Counted from the stretch's first letter, positions 28,624-39,542 are shown. The stretch is 64,000 nt of DNA from Candidatus Multivoradales bacterium (GCA_965223855.1 CBDCXM010000009.1:1664001-1728000); one strand, 5' to 3'. The notes: generated by a model from the letters alone, not told the origin. Translations and numbers: made by a program.

Positions 28624-29013
28624 GTGAAGATCGACACACATCCCGCTATCGACCAGGAGTTGTGCGGCAAGCCGGTGCTGGTCGAGGACGGGCGGGCCGA
28701 GGTGCTGCTGGCGACGACGCCGCGCATGGCCGCCGACGAGCGGGGCCTCGTGCACGGCGGGTTCGTCTTCGGCGCGGCGGACTATGCGGCGATGCTGGCG
28801 GTCAACGACCCCAACGTCGTCCTCGGCGGCGCCGACGTCCGCTTCCTGGCTCCGGTCGAGGTGCCGGAGAGTGTGGCGATCGCGGCGACGGTCGAGTCGG
28901 CGGACGGTCGCAAGCGGCTGGTCAGGGTAGAAGGGCGGGTCGGGACGCGGCCGGTCGTGAGCGGCCACTTCACCTGCTTTGTCCTCGACGAGCACGTCCT
29001 GGAGACCCGATGA
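28624..29013 (+). CDS. PaaI/hotdog-fold thioesterase
   Basis: [23 protein letters not shown]. Confidence 0.88.
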   Translation: MKIDTHPAIDQELCGKPVLVEDGRAEVLLATTPRMAADERGLVHGGFVFGAADYAAMLAVNDPNVVLGGADVRFLAPVEVPESVAIAATVESADGRKRLVRVEGRVGTRPVVSGHFTCFVLDEHVLETR

Positions 29014-29043
29014 GGCTGGAGGGCCTGTGAAGCTGGAGAAGCC

Positions 29044-30774
29044 GTGAACGGCGGATCGGTCGTCGCCCGGGTGCTCGTCGAGCACGGGGTCGAGCATCTC
29101 TTCACACTGTGCGGTGGACACATCTCGCCGGTGCTGGTGGAGAGCAAGCGCCTCGGCATCCGGGTCGTCGATGTGCGCCACGAGGTCAACGCCGTCTTCG
29201 CCGCCGATGCGGTCGCGAGGCTGACCGGGCGTCCGGGGGTGGCGGCGGTCACCGCGGGGCCGGGCGTCACCAACACGGTGACGGCGATCAAGAACGCTCA
29301 GATGGCGCAGTCGCCGCTGGTCCTGCTGGGCGGCGCGACGGCGACCATGCTCGAGGGGCGCGGCTCGCTGCAGGACATCGACCAGATGGCGCTGATGGAG
29401 CCGCATGTGAAGTGGGCGGCCACGGTCGATCGGGTGGCGGCGATCGGGCCGGCACTGGAGCACGCCTTCCGGGTGGCGGCGAGCGGTGTGCCGGGACCGG
29501 TCTTCCTCGAGCTGCCGATGGATCTGCTCTACGACGAGACGCTGGTCGCCGACTGGTACGGCGTCGGTGCCGGTGAGCCGAAGACGCTCATGGGGCGACT
29601 CGAGAAGGCGTATCTGCAGCGGCACGCCCGGCGACTGTTCCGCGGCGCCGATCCCGACCGGCAGGTCGAGCGGCACGAGGTGGAAGTGCCGGAGGTCTCC
29701 GCCCGAGGCGTGCGCAAAGCGGCCCGGGCGCTGGCGCGCGCCGAGCGGCCGGTGCTCGTGATCGGCAGCCAGGCGACCCTCGAGGCCGGAGAGGTCGAGC
29801 GGCTGGCGGAGGCGGTGGGTGAGATCGGTCTGCCGGTCTACCTCTCCGGTATGGCGCGCGGTCTTCTGGGGGCGGGACACGGGAGCCAACTCCGCCATCA
29901 GCGGACGAAGGCGCTGCGCGAGGCGGACCTGGTGCTGTTGGCCGGTGTGCCGTGCGATTTCCGGCTCAACTACGGGCGTCACATTCCGCGCCGCGCCCGG
30001 TATCTTGCGGTCAACCGCAGCCGGCACGACCTCTACGCCAATCGGCGACCCGACCTGGCGCTGCTCGGCGATCCCGGTCGCTTCCTGAGAGCGCTGGCGG
30101 AGGTGTTCCAGGCTTCGGATGAGGCGCTCGAGGAGTGGCGGGAGACGCTCGCGACCCGCGACCGGGAGCGCGAAGCCGACATCGACCGGCGCGCCGCGCA
30201 GAAGACGAACCACGTCAATCCGCTGGCTCTCTTCCGCGGGCTCGATCCGCTGCTGAGCAAGGAGTCGATTCTCGTCGCCGACGGCGGCGACTTCGTCGCA
30301 ACCGCCTCCTACACCCTGGCACCCCGCGGGCCGCTCTCATGGCTCGATCCGGGCGCTTTCGGCACGCTGGGGGTGGGGGCCGGCTTCGCCCTCGGCGCCA
30401 AGCTGGTGCGCCCGGAGTCGGAGGTGTGGATCATCTACGGCGACGGCTCGGCGGCCTACAGCCTTGCCGAGTTCGACACCTTCGTCCGCCACGAGCTGCC
30501 GGTGATCGCGCTCGTCGGCAACGACGCGAGCTGGGCGCAGATCGCCCGCGAGCAGGTCGAGATTCTCGAGGACGACGTCGGTACGGTGCTGCGCCGGACC
30601 AGCTATCAGACGGTGGCCGAGGGCTACGGCGGACGCGGGCTGCTGCTCGAGGAGCCGGAGATGATCGTGCCGACGATCGAGGCGGCGCGTGCGGCGTCAC
30701 GAGTCGGCAAGCCGGTGCTGATCAACGCGTTGATCGGCAGGACCGACTTCCGCAAGGGCTCGATCTCGATGTAG
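29044..30774 (+). CDS. ThDP-dependent enzyme, acetolactate synthase-like (ILVBL/2-hydroxyacyl-CoA lyase-like)
   Basis: [32 protein letters not shown]...N ThDP motif, C-terminus [12 protein letters not shown]. Confidence 0.9.
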   Translation: MNGGSVVARVLVEHGVEHLFTLCGGHISPVLVESKRLGIRVVDVRHEVNAVFAADAVARLTGRPGVAAVTAGPGVTNTVTAIKNAQMAQSPLVLLGGATATMLEGRGSLQDIDQMALMEPHVKWAATVDRVAAIGPALEHAFRVAASGVPGPVFLELPMDLLYDETLVADWYGVGAGEPKTLMGRLEKAYLQRHARRLFRGADPDRQVERHEVEVPEVSARGVRKAARALARAERPVLVIGSQATLEAGEVERLAEAVGEIGLPVYLSGMARGLLGAGHGSQLRHQRTKALREADLVLLAGVPCDFRLNYGRHIPRRARYLAVNRSRHDLYANRRPDLALLGDPGRFLRALAEVFQASDEALEEWRETLATRDREREADIDRRAAQKTNHVNPLALFRGLDPLLSKESILVADGGDFVATASYTLAPRGPLSWLDPGAFGTLGVGAGFALGAKLVRPESEVWIIYGDGSAAYSLAEFDTFVRHELPVIALVGNDASWAQIAREQVEILEDDVGTVLRRTSYQTVAEGYGGRGLLLEEPEMIVPTIEAARAASRVGKPVLINALIGRTDFRKGSISM

Positions 30775-30802
30775 TTGCCGGTCGGGTGTAGAGTCCGCGG
30801 CC

Positions 30803-31580
30803 ATGGACCTGCACCTCGACGGCAAGATCGCACTCGTCACCGGCGCCAGCCGGGGGATCGGAAACTACATCGCTCACGGTCTGGCGGCCGAAGGGTGCCG
30901 GCTGGCGATCTGCGCCCGAGGCGAGGAGCGCCTCCGCGAGGCGGCCGCCGAGCTGGAGGAGGGCGGTGCCGAGGTGCTGGCGCTGCCGGTCGACATCACC
31001 GCCGCGGGAGCGGCCGAAGAGACCCTCGCTGCGGTGGAGGAGCGCTTCGGCGGTCTCGACATCCTGATCAACAACGCCGGCGGCAACGCGCGCGGCGCCT
31101 TCGCCGACCTGGGACGAGGAGGCCTGGGAGCAGGTCCTCGAGCTCAACTTCTCGGGCCACCGGCGGTTCTCGAAGGCGGCGATTCCGCTCCTGAGGAAGT
31201 CGGACTCGGGAGTGATCCTGTTCGTCGCCTCGATCTTCGGTCGTGAGGCGGGTGGAGCGGGGCTGGCGATCTACAACACCACCAAGTCGGCGCTCATCAG
31301 CCTCGCCAAGATCATGGCGCTCGAGCTCGCGGGCGACGGCATCCGTGTGCTCTCCGTGGCGCCCGGGTCGATCCGCTTCCCGGGCGGCAGCTGGGACAAG
31401 CGCTGCATCGCCGACCCCGAGGGGATGGAGGCGTTCGTCGCGCAGAACCTGCCGATCGGCCGCTTCGGCACCGCCGAGGAGGTGGCCGACCTGGTCGCCT
31501 TTCTCGTTTCGGACCGGGCGAGCCTCGTCACCGGCGCCTGCATCAACGCCGACGGCGGGCAGAGCCGCTCGCTCATCTGA
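30803..31580 (+). pseudogene. SDR family oxidoreductase, frameshifted near 31111-31113 (probably sequence error)
   Basis: TGASRGIG and NNAG in one frame, YNTTK in the next; removing one G from the GGG run gives ...FADLDEEAWEQVLELN... Confidence 0.85.
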
Positions 31581-31619
31581 GCGCACGGGCTCGCCGCCGG
31601 CTCTCCCATCGCCTCGGCG

Positions 31620-32246
31620 CTACCCGCCGGCTGCGAGCATCTCCTGCGCCTCGATGATCTGCAGGTTGTGGCGCTGGTTGTGGGCACCGATCAGGGCGAG
31701 CCACTGGTGGAGGTTCATCCGCCCCGGAGGTCCTTCGGCGGTGTGCTGCTTCAGCGGTGCGGTGGTGGTCCGGACGAAGTCGAGGGTGCGGGCACGGAGT
31801 CGGCCGAACGACTCGACGAGGTCGGCGCGGCTGCGCTCGCCGGTCGGCTGGAAGCTCTCCGGCGCCTGAAACTTCCGGCTTCGATCGCGCAGATTCTCGC
31901 CGAGCTGGGCCACGGTGAGCGTCAGCGTCGACTCCCATTCGGGATCCGGCTCGCCCTCGAGCGCGTCGAGAATGAGGGTGAAGATCCCCTCCTCGGCGAT
32001 CACGAGGTGCTCGGCGACCTCGCCGACCGACCACTTGCCCTCGGCGGGCGCAGTGCTCCAGTCGTCGCCGCTCGACAGTGCCGTGAGCTCTTCGAACTGG
32101 CGGCGGGACTCCTCGAGGAGGCCGACGAGCTCGGCCCGCTCTTCGGAGGAGAGGTGCGGTTCGGCGGTCGCGGCTTCGGTGGCCCCGAGGGGGAGCGCCG
32201 CGGCGACGGCGGCGACGAGCAGGCAGGGAAGGATCAGACGACGCAT
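31620..32246 (-). CDS. DinB family protein with signal peptide
   Basis: Hydrophobic N-terminus; KWSVGEVAEHL and HNQRH DinB His motifs. Confidence 0.85.
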   Translation of the reverse strand: MRRLILPCLLVAAVAAALPLGATEAATAEPHLSSEERAELVGLLEESRRQFEELTALSSGDDWSTAPAEGKWSVGEVAEHLVIAEEGIFTLILDALEGEPDPEWESTLTLTVAQLGENLRDRSRKFQAPESFQPTGERSRADLVESFGRLRARTLDFVRTTTAPLKQHTAEGPPGRMNLHQWLALIGAHNQRHNLQIIEAQEMLAAGG

Positions 32247-32313
32247 GAAGGGTCTCCTTGGTAGGGGGGTTGCGAGCGGTGAATGCGGAGGAAGAGCGGG
32301 CCAGCCGAGCCGC

Positions 32314-32763
32314 TCAGCCGAGCCGCTCCGCCAGGTGGTCGAGCTGCTTTCCCCACCCCTCCGTCATTCCGGCGACGACATCTTCCGGAACCGGTCCGAA
32401 GGCGGCGTGGACGAGCCGCAGCAGGGTACCGCCTTCGGTCGGCTCGAGCCGGTACTGGACGTTGTTGACGACCGGCAGCGACATGAAGAGCGGGCCGGTG
32501 AGTTCGAGCAGATCGGGATGGCGGATCGCCTGTACGTGCGCCCAGTGGTGCCCTTGACCGTCGCCGAGATCGCGGTACCAGCGACCGCCGGGGAACGCTT
32601 CGAGCTTCATCGACAGCGGCCTGAAGTCGGGGTCGGTCGCTTCGGGCCCGAGCTCGGCCAGCAGGGCCTCGAAGACGGCTTCGATCGGCGCGGCGAACGA
32701 GCGGTCGAGCTCGATGCGAATCTGAAGGTCGGAGTCGGTCGGTGCAGTAGCAGTGGTCATCAT
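32314..32763 (-). CDS. SRPBCC/AHSA1 domain protein
   Basis: RSFAAPIEAVFEAL...GGTLLRLVH...EGWGKQLDHL; ATGA-coupled to the upstream ArsR. Confidence 0.88.
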   Translation of the reverse strand: MMTTATAPTDSDLQIRIELDRSFAAPIEAVFEALLAELGPEATDPDFRPLSMKLEAFPGGRWYRDLGDGQGHHWAHVQAIRHPDLLELTGPLFMSLPVVNNVQYRLEPTEGGTLLRLVHAAFGPVPEDVVAGMTEGWGKQLDHLAERLG

Positions 32764-33128
32764 CGGTCTCCTTGTGTGGGGTTGCTCCTGGCCGCCCCTT
32801 CTCGGTCGGTCTCGCCCGCGAGGCGGCGCTCGATCGAGTCGAGCTGGTGGTTCCAGAACCGCTCGAAGCCGGCGACCCAGTCGGCGACGGGTCGCAGCGC
32901 ATCGAGGTCGGCGGAGTAGAGGCGCTGCCGGCCGTCGCGGCGGACCCTCACCAGATTCGCCTCCCGCAGCACCCTGAGGTGCTTGGAGGCCGACGGCTGG
33001 CTGATGTCGAGCCGCGCGACGACTTCGTTCACCGGGCACTCGCGCTCGGACACGAGTTCGAGAATCGCGCGCCGGTGGGCGCCGGCGATCGCGTGGAAGG
33101 CGTCGGAGCTGGCGGCGAGGGCAGGCAT
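32760..33128 (-). CDS. ArsR/SmtB family transcriptional regulator
   Basis: FHAIAGAHRRAILEL, SQPSASKHLRVLREANLV..RRDGRQRLY. Confidence 0.92.
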   Translation of the reverse strand: MPALAASSDAFHAIAGAHRRAILELVSERECPVNEVVARLDISQPSASKHLRVLREANLVRVRRDGRQRLYSADLDALRPVADWVAGFERFWNHQLDSIERRLAGETDREGAARSNPTQGDR

Positions 33129-33135
33129 GAATGCC

Positions 33136-33163
33136 ATTATATGCCGTATACGGAATGTGTCAA
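33136..33163 (-). promoter_or_regulatory. Consensus sigma70 promoter with palindromic operator in the spacer
   Basis: Minus strand reads TTGACA (33163-33158), 16 nt, TATAAT (33141-33136); CCGTATACGG palindrome at 33144-33153; ATG 7 nt after the -10 box. Confidence 0.85.
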
Positions 33164-33295
33164 GAGGGATGCGGTTGGCGGAAGATAGGAGTGCGATGAC
33201 GAGGGAAGTCGAAGGACTGGAGGGCAGATGCGCAGCCGGGTCGGGCCGGGAGTCGACTGCTCGAGGCAGGTTGGTGTCGTGAGGGCCGATCCCGG

Positions 33296-33682
33296 ATGAG
33301 GAGCATGCTGCCCGCCGCTCTCGGCGTCGCTGCGCTCGGCCTGCTGGTGACGCAGGTCGTGCCGGGTCGCCTCGGCGAAGGGGCGTTCGTCGTCCTGGCC
33401 GCCGCGGTGCCGGTGTTGCTGATGCTGCTCGGAGTCGGTCGGCGTCGGGTGCCGGCCGGTCTCCTCCTCGGCCTCGGTGCGTTGCTCTTCGTCCTGGCCG
33501 GCTCGCTGCTCGTGCTCTGGTGGCCGGGAAGAGAGACCCTCCCGCCCGCGCGAGTGCTGCTGGTGATGGGCGGCGGACTGCTCGCGGTGCCACTGCTTCT
33601 CTCCGGCTGGCTCCACGGGCGCTACTTCGAGCCCTCGGAGCCCTCGGAGCGCGGCGGACGGCACGGGAAGGCAGGCCGGTGA
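33296..33682 (+). CDS. Small integral membrane protein coupled to the symporter
   Basis: About four hydrophobic segments; its stop overlaps the next GTG (GTGA). Confidence 0.65.
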   Translation: MRSMLPAALGVAALGLLVTQVVPGRLGEGAFVVLAAAVPVLLMLLGVGRRRVPAGLLLGLGALLFVLAGSLLVLWWPGRETLPPARVLLVMGGGLLAVPLLLSGWLHGRYFEPSEPSERGGRHGKAGR

Positions 33683-35187
33683 CCGGCGGCCAGCTCCAAC
33701 CCTGGGCGCTCGCCTTCGGCGCCCTGACGCTGGTGGCGATGCTCGCCCTCGGAGCCTGGGCGGCGGGCCGGACGCGCGACCTGCGCGACTTCTACGTCGC
33801 CGGGCAGTCGCTCGGGCTCGCGGTGACGGCGCTCGGCACCATGTCGGCCGCCTTCAGCGGGTTCGTCTTTCTCGGCGGTCCGGGGCTCACCTACCGGATG
33901 GGCGTCGCCGCGCTCTTCATCTGCCTGCCTCTCGGCTTCACCGGGGCGATGCTGTGCTGGGTCCTCGCGGGGCGGCTGCGTCGACTCGCGGCGGCGAGGG
34001 AGGTGTTCACCGTTCCCGATGCGCTGCTGGCGCGCTTCGACAGCCGGGCGGTCTCCGGTGCCGCGGCGGTGGCGGTGCTCGTCGGAACCCTCGCCTACCT
34101 CGGAGCCCAGCTTCAGGCGCTCGCGCTCGTCGTCGAGGCGGTCTTCGGTCTGCGTGAGCTGGCCGGAGAGGGGGCGCCGCTCCTCGCGATGGCGCTCGGC
34201 CTCGCCGTCGTCCTCGCCTACTCCGTGGCCGGCGGCATGGTCGCGGGAGCGTGGACCGACGCCGTCCAGGGGTTCCTGATGATGGTCGCGGCGGTTGCGG
34301 TCTTCGCCGTCGCCCTGGGGCGCGGCGGCGGAGTCTCCGGGATCGTCGAGGCGGTGACGGCGAGCCCCGACTTCGGTCCCGGCTTCTTCGACCCGTTCGC
34401 CACCGCTCCGGTACTCACCGTCGCCGGCTTCTTCCTCGTCTTCGGTGTCGGCACCCTCGGCCAGCCGCACATGCTGCACAAGTTCTACATGCTGGACGAC
34501 GTCCGCAAGCTGCGCTGGATGCCGCTCGCCCTCGGCGGCAGCCAGCTCATCTGCGTGCTCGTGTGGCTCGGCATCGGGCTCGCGGTGCCGGCCCTCGTGG
34601 CCTCGGGCGCGATGGAGGCGCTGACCAACCCGGACGAGGCTGCGCCCCGATTCCTGCTCGAGCAGGTGCCGCCGTGGCTCGCGGGTTTCGTGTTCGCCGG
34701 TGTGCTGGCGGCGGTGATGTCGACCGCCGACTCCTTCCTCAACGTTGCCGCGGCGGCGCTGGTGCGCGATCTGCCCGTGGCGCTCGGTCGTCGCCCCCCG
34801 GTCGGACTGGCCACCAGCCGGGCGGCCGTGGTCGCGGTCGGGATCGGCGCGGCGCTCTTCTCGCTCGGCTATCGCGACCTCATCGCGCTGCTGGGCACCT
34901 TCGCCTTCGGCATGTTCGGCGCGGCGCTCGCTCCGGTGCTGGCGGTCGGCTTCAACTGGCGGCGGGTGAGCGCCGCTGCCGCCCTCGCCTCGATCGTCAC
35001 CGGCACGACGGTTCACCTCGGTCTCGAGGCGTGGCGCCGCATCGAGGGGCTGCCACCGCTGCCGCTCGCGCCCGGCGCGTTGACCGGGACCGTGTCGTTC
35101 GCCGCTTCGCTGGCGGTGTTGTTGATCGTGAGCGGCTTGAGCGGGCCGCAGCCGCTCGATCCCGACCTCGAAGAGATTGTCGGGTGA
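33679..35187 (+). CDS. Sodium:solute symporter family protein
   Basis: DFYVAG, SAAFSGFVFLGGPG, GGMVAGAWTD.VQG, GQPHML.KF, AAVMSTADS. Confidence 0.92.
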   Translation: MTGGQLQPWALAFGALTLVAMLALGAWAAGRTRDLRDFYVAGQSLGLAVTALGTMSAAFSGFVFLGGPGLTYRMGVAALFICLPLGFTGAMLCWVLAGRLRRLAAAREVFTVPDALLARFDSRAVSGAAAVAVLVGTLAYLGAQLQALALVVEAVFGLRELAGEGAPLLAMALGLAVVLAYSVAGGMVAGAWTDAVQGFLMMVAAVAVFAVALGRGGGVSGIVEAVTASPDFGPGFFDPFATAPVLTVAGFFLVFGVGTLGQPHMLHKFYMLDDVRKLRWMPLALGGSQLICVLVWLGIGLAVPALVASGAMEALTNPDEAAPRFLLEQVPPWLAGFVFAGVLAAVMSTADSFLNVAAAALVRDLPVALGRRPPVGLATSRAAVVAVGIGAALFSLGYRDLIALLGTFAFGMFGAALAPVLAVGFNWRRVSAAAALASIVTGTTVHLGLEAWRRIEGLPPLPLAPGALTGTVSFAASLAVLLIVSGLSGPQPLDPDLEEIVG

Positions 35188-35238
35188 GTCGTCAGTTCGG
35201 CTGGGCGCGCAACAGCTCCCGGTGCCTGGTGAAGAACC

Positions 35239-38200
35239 CTAGGCGGTAGCCGGTTCCTCCTCGCTGCCGGCGCGGGCGGCGAGCCGGGCCCGGAACTTCT
35301 CCCGCATCTCGAGGACCAGCGAGAAGAGGGCCGGCACGAGGAAGAGGGTGAAGGCGGTCGAGACGGCGAGGCCGCCGACGACGACCGAGCCGAGACCGCG
35401 GTAGAGCTCGGAGCCCGCCCCGGGGAAGAGCACCAGCGGCAGCATGCCGCAAAGACTGGTCGAGACGCTCATGAAGATCGGGCGGATGCGGGTGCGGGTC
35501 GACTCGCGGATCGCCGGCGTCGGTTCCATGTCGTCCTCGCGCATGTGGTTGAGCGCCTGGTGGACGATCAGGATGGCGTTGTTGACGACGGTGCCGATGA
35601 GGATGATGAAGCCGAGCATTGTCAGCACGTCGAGCGCCTGGTAGCTGAAGAGGTTCAGCACCCCGAGGCCGAGGAAGCCGCCGAGCGCCGCCAGCGGCAC
35701 ACTGAAGAGGATCACGAACGGGTAGAGGAAGCTCTCGAAGAGCGCCGCGATCAGCAGATAGGTGATGACGATCGCCAGCAGCAGGTTCCACTGGAGCGCC
35801 CGCCGCGTCTGGGTCAGCTTGTCGGCGCTTCCCGAGTAGGTCACCCGGTAGAGCCCGCCGATGCGGCCGCCGTCGCGCATCGGCTGCAGGATCGCCGTGT
35901 CGATCGACTCCATCGCCGATTGCAGCGGGATCTCGTCGGGCGGCGTCACCTGGATGGTGATCGTCCGCTCGCGCTCGCGATGGTCGATCTGTACCGGGCC
36001 GTTGACGAGCTCGACCTGTGCCACCGAGCCGAGCGTCACGACCTCGCCGCCGGGAGTGGCGATCGGCATCTGCTCGAGCAGGTGAGTGCGCTGGTCGAAG
36101 GTCGTGTCCGCCTTCAGGACGAGATCGATCTCGCGGCCCTGATGCTGGTAGTCGGTCGCCTTGGCGCCGTCGATGAGGGCGTTGACGACGTAGCCGAGCT
36201 CGCGGTTGGAGATGCCGAGCGCGGAGGCGCGCCGGCGGTCGGTCTGGACGCGGATCTCCGGGTTGCCGAGGTCGAGCCCGGGGATCGGGATCGCCTGAGC
36301 GCCGGGCAGCACCTGCTGGATCTTCCCCATCACCTCGCCACCGAGGCCGATCAGCCGGGTGAGGTCGGGGCCCGTGATCTCGACGTCGATGTTGCGGCCT
36401 TCACCGAATCCGCTCGAGAAGATCGACGACTGCGAGACGAAGGCGATCGTCCCCTGCAGGTTGCCGTTGACCTGCTGGATCGCATCGACCAGCTCGCGCG
36501 CTCTGAGCGGGTCGGTGGCGCGCGCCCCCATGAACGCCTGGTTGGCGAAGACGCCGAAGAAGAAATGATCGATGCCTCCTCCGGGGAGTGCCTCGGCCTC
36601 GGCACCCGTCGCTTCCCACAACGGGCTGAGTTCGCGGTCGTAGATGTCGTTGAACGCCGCGACGGTGTCGATGTTGTAGCCCGGTGGCGGCAGGGCGAAG
36701 CCGAAGACGAAGTTCATGTTCCCGAGTGGCAGGTACTCCGCCTTCGGCACCAGCAGGATCGACAGCAGGATCGCGCCCAGCGTGAAGCCGAGCACCACCG
36801 CGACGCGGCGCCCGGTGGTCGAACAGATCCATTCGACCCGGTCGGCGATCCACTGCGCGACGCGTGCGAACTTCGGCGCCCACCCCCAGAGATTGGCGAA
36901 GCCGCCGTTGCCGCTCGGCTTGCGGTCGGCGGCGTCGAGCATCTTGGCCGACAGGCTCGGAATGACGGTGATCGCCACGACCAGGCTGAGGCCGACGCCG
37001 CAGCTGATGGCGATCGCGATGTCGCGGAAGAGCTGCCCCGCCTCCTCCTGCACGAAGAGGATCGGCACGAAGACGGCGATCGTCGTCAGCGTGCTGGCGA
37101 GCACCGCCCCCCAGACTTCGCGCGCACCGTCGAAGGCGGCGTCGAAGCGCCGCTTGCCCATCTGCCGGTGGCGGTAGATGTTCTCCAGGACGACGATCGA
37201 ATTGTCGACCACCATGCCGACGGCGAACGCCAGACCAGCCAGCGAGATGACGTTGAGGGTACGGCCCAACGCGTTCATGGCGAGGAACGAGCCGATGATC
37301 GAAATCGGGATCGCCGCCGCGACGATGAAGGTGCTGGTGCGGCTGCGCAGGAAGAGCAGCAGCGCGGTGATCGCCAGAATGCCGCCGAGGACGAGGCTCT
37401 GGCGCACCAGCCCGATCGCGCTGTAGACGTAGTCGGTCTCGTCGTACGCCTGGGTGAGGCGAAGGCCCCGGTCGGCGAGCAGCTCGTCGTTGAGATCGGC
37501 GACCGTCGCCTTGACGCCGCGCATGGTGTCGAGGACGTTCGCCCCCGGCTCCTTGATCGCGTTGACGGCGATCATCTCCTCGCCGCGGTAGAAGATCTTT
37601 GCCCCCGGCTTCCGGTACCCGAGCTCCACCTTCGCCAGGTCGCGCAGATAGAGCGGGACGCCGCCGCGCACGGCGACCACGAGGCTCTCGATCGACTCCG
37701 GCGAGTTGAACTCGCCCACGGTGCGCACGACGTAGCGCCGCTTGCCCTCGGCGAAGTCGCCGCCGGAGAAATTGCGGTTCTCGCGGTCGAGTGCCGCGGC
37801 GAGCTCGTTGACGGTGACGCGGTGGGTCGCGAGCGCCGCCGGGTCGAAGATCACCTGCATCTCGCGTTCGCGGCCGCCGAAGAAACCCGACTGAGCGACC
37901 CCCGGGACCCGTTCGATCGCCGGCTTGATGTGGTCGTCGACGAAGTTGTGGAGTTTCCAGATGTCGTCTTCGTAGGGCTCCTCGCCGTGCGGTTGGAGGA
38001 TGAACCAGGCGATGGCGCTCCGGTTGGGGTCGGAGGTGAAGAGCACCGGCTTCTGAGCGTCGTCCGGGTACGACGGCACCTGCTCGAGCCGGTTGGAGAC
38101 CTTGAGCAGGTTGGCGTTCTTGTCGCTGCCGACGGCGAAGGTGAGAGTGATGGTGCCCGACGAGTCGGAGCTCGAACTCTGCATCTTCACCAGCCCGTCG

Positions 38201-38421
38201 AGCCCCTTGAGCTGCTCCTCCTGCTCGTCGATGATCTCGCGCTCGATCTCCACCGGGCTGGCGCCGGGCCAGATCGTCTGCACCGTGACGAGCGGTTCCT
38301 CGACGGTCGGGGTGAGCTGGACCGGAATGCCGAGCACGGCGAGCACGCCGAAGAGCACCAGCAGGATCACCCCGACAGCGGTCTTGACGGGGGAGCGAAT
38401 CGCGGTTTCGATGAGCGTCAT
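35239..38421 (-). CDS. RND efflux permease (AcrB/AcrD/AcrF family)
   Basis: 1060 aa; WPGASPVEIE, GMVVDNSIVVLENI, GTVVNNAIL, RIRPIFM. Confidence 0.95.
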   Translation of the reverse strand: MTLIETAIRSPVKTAVGVILLVLFGVLAVLGIPVQLTPTVEEPLVTVQTIWPGASPVEIEREIIDEQEEQLKGLDGLVKMQSSSSDSSGTITLTFAVGSDKNANLLKVSNRLEQVPSYPDDAQKPVLFTSDPNRSAIAWFILQPHGEEPYEDDIWKLHNFVDDHIKPAIERVPGVAQSGFFGGREREMQVIFDPAALATHRVTVNELAAALDRENRNFSGGDFAEGKRRYVVRTVGEFNSPESIESLVVAVRGGVPLYLRDLAKVELGYRKPGAKIFYRGEEMIAVNAIKEPGANVLDTMRGVKATVADLNDELLADRGLRLTQAYDETDYVYSAIGLVRQSLVLGGILAITALLLFLRSRTSTFIVAAAIPISIIGSFLAMNALGRTLNVISLAGLAFAVGMVVDNSIVVLENIYRHRQMGKRRFDAAFDGAREVWGAVLASTLTTIAVFVPILFVQEEAGQLFRDIAIAISCGVGLSLVVAITVIPSLSAKMLDAADRKPSGNGGFANLWGWAPKFARVAQWIADRVEWICSTTGRRVAVVLGFTLGAILLSILLVPKAEYLPLGNMNFVFGFALPPPGYNIDTVAAFNDIYDRELSPLWEATGAEAEALPGGGIDHFFFGVFANQAFMGARATDPLRARELVDAIQQVNGNLQGTIAFVSQSSIFSSGFGEGRNIDVEITGPDLTRLIGLGGEVMGKIQQVLPGAQAIPIPGLDLGNPEIRVQTDRRRASALGISNRELGYVVNALIDGAKATDYQHQGREIDLVLKADTTFDQRTHLLEQMPIATPGGEVVTLGSVAQVELVNGPVQIDHRERERTITIQVTPPDEIPLQSAMESIDTAILQPMRDGGRIGGLYRVTYSGSADKLTQTRRALQWNLLLAIVITYLLIAALFESFLYPFVILFSVPLAALGGFLGLGVLNLFSYQALDVLTMLGFIILIGTVVNNAILIVHQALNHMREDDMEPTPAIRESTRTRIRPIFMSVSTSLCGMLPLVLFPGAGSELYRGLGSVVVGGLAVSTAFTLFLVPALFSLVLEMREKFRARLAARAGSEEEPATA

Positions 38422-38428
38422 CGCGACC

Positions 38429-39542
38429 TCACGGGACGGTGTAGTCGATCGGTTCGGTGAGCACCGGAGCGCCGGGCATCAGCCGCTCGTTGCCGCGGGT
38501 GATGACCGTGTCGCCCGGGGCCACGCCCGCCGCCTCCACCCAGTCGTCGACTGCCGCGCCGAGCTCCACCGGAACCGGGTTGGCGACCTTCGTCGGGTTG
38601 CCCTCGGCGTCGGGCGGGCCGTCCTCGACCCGGTAGACGAGGCGCGCCGCTCCCTGGCTGACGACGGCGTCCTTGGGGACGATCGTCGCCACCCTGGCGC
38701 TGCCGCTCGGGAAGGAGACGACGGCGCTCATCCCGAGGCCGATCGCTTCGTCGGGATCGACGATTCCGACCTTGACGGGGAAGGTGCGCGCCTGTTCGTC
38801 CGCTTTCGGGATGACGGCGACGACCTGTCCTTCGAAGTCGCGCGACGGCAGCGAGTCGAGGCGCACCCGAGCCGCGGTGCCGGTGCGCGCCCCGGCGAAG
38901 TACTGCTCCGGCACGCTGACGACGACGCCGAGCGAGCGCGGGTCGAACATCTCGACCACGCCGCCGCCGGCCGCGACCCACTCGCCGACGTCGCACAGTT
39001 CGCGCACGACGATGCCGGAGAAGGGGGCCCGGATCACCGACCGCCGGACCTGCGTTTCGAGCCGGGCAATGAGCGCCCGCGCTTGATCGACCCGCCCCTG
39101 CCAGGCGCCCTCTTCGGACTCCGCGTCGTCGAACTGCTGGCGCGAGATCACCCCGGACTCGTGGAGCTCGCGGGCGCGGGTACGACTGCGTCGGGCGAGC
39201 TCGAGTCGCGCCTCCGCCTCGGCGAGCTGTCCCTCGGCCGCCTCGAGGTCGCGCTCCAGCGTCTCACGGCGCAGCCGTGCCAGCGTCGCGCCGCGCTTGA
39301 CGGGCGACCCCTCGCGTGCCCGAAGCTCGGCCACCACCCCCGACTCCTCGCTGGCGACGACGGCGTGGGTCTCGGCCTCGACGTTGCCGGCCAGCCGGAC
39401 GAGTGGTTGCACCTCGGCCTGAGCGGCCGCCGTCACGCCGACTCTCGTGGGACCGAAGCCCTGGCTCCAGGCAGGGCTGCAGACAGCCGCCGCCAGACGA
39501 GACTGCGGCGGCAAAGAAGGTACGTGCAGGCAATCGGTGCAT
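38429..39542 (-). CDS. RND periplasmic adaptor subunit; apparent frameshift in the signal peptide near 39495-39515
   Basis: Lipoyl half-motifs (SGVVAELRAREG, IRAPFSGIV), ARTFPVK, VPKDAV. ATG 39542 (MHRLPARTFFAAAV) is out of frame with ORF 38429..39514. Confidence 0.85.
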
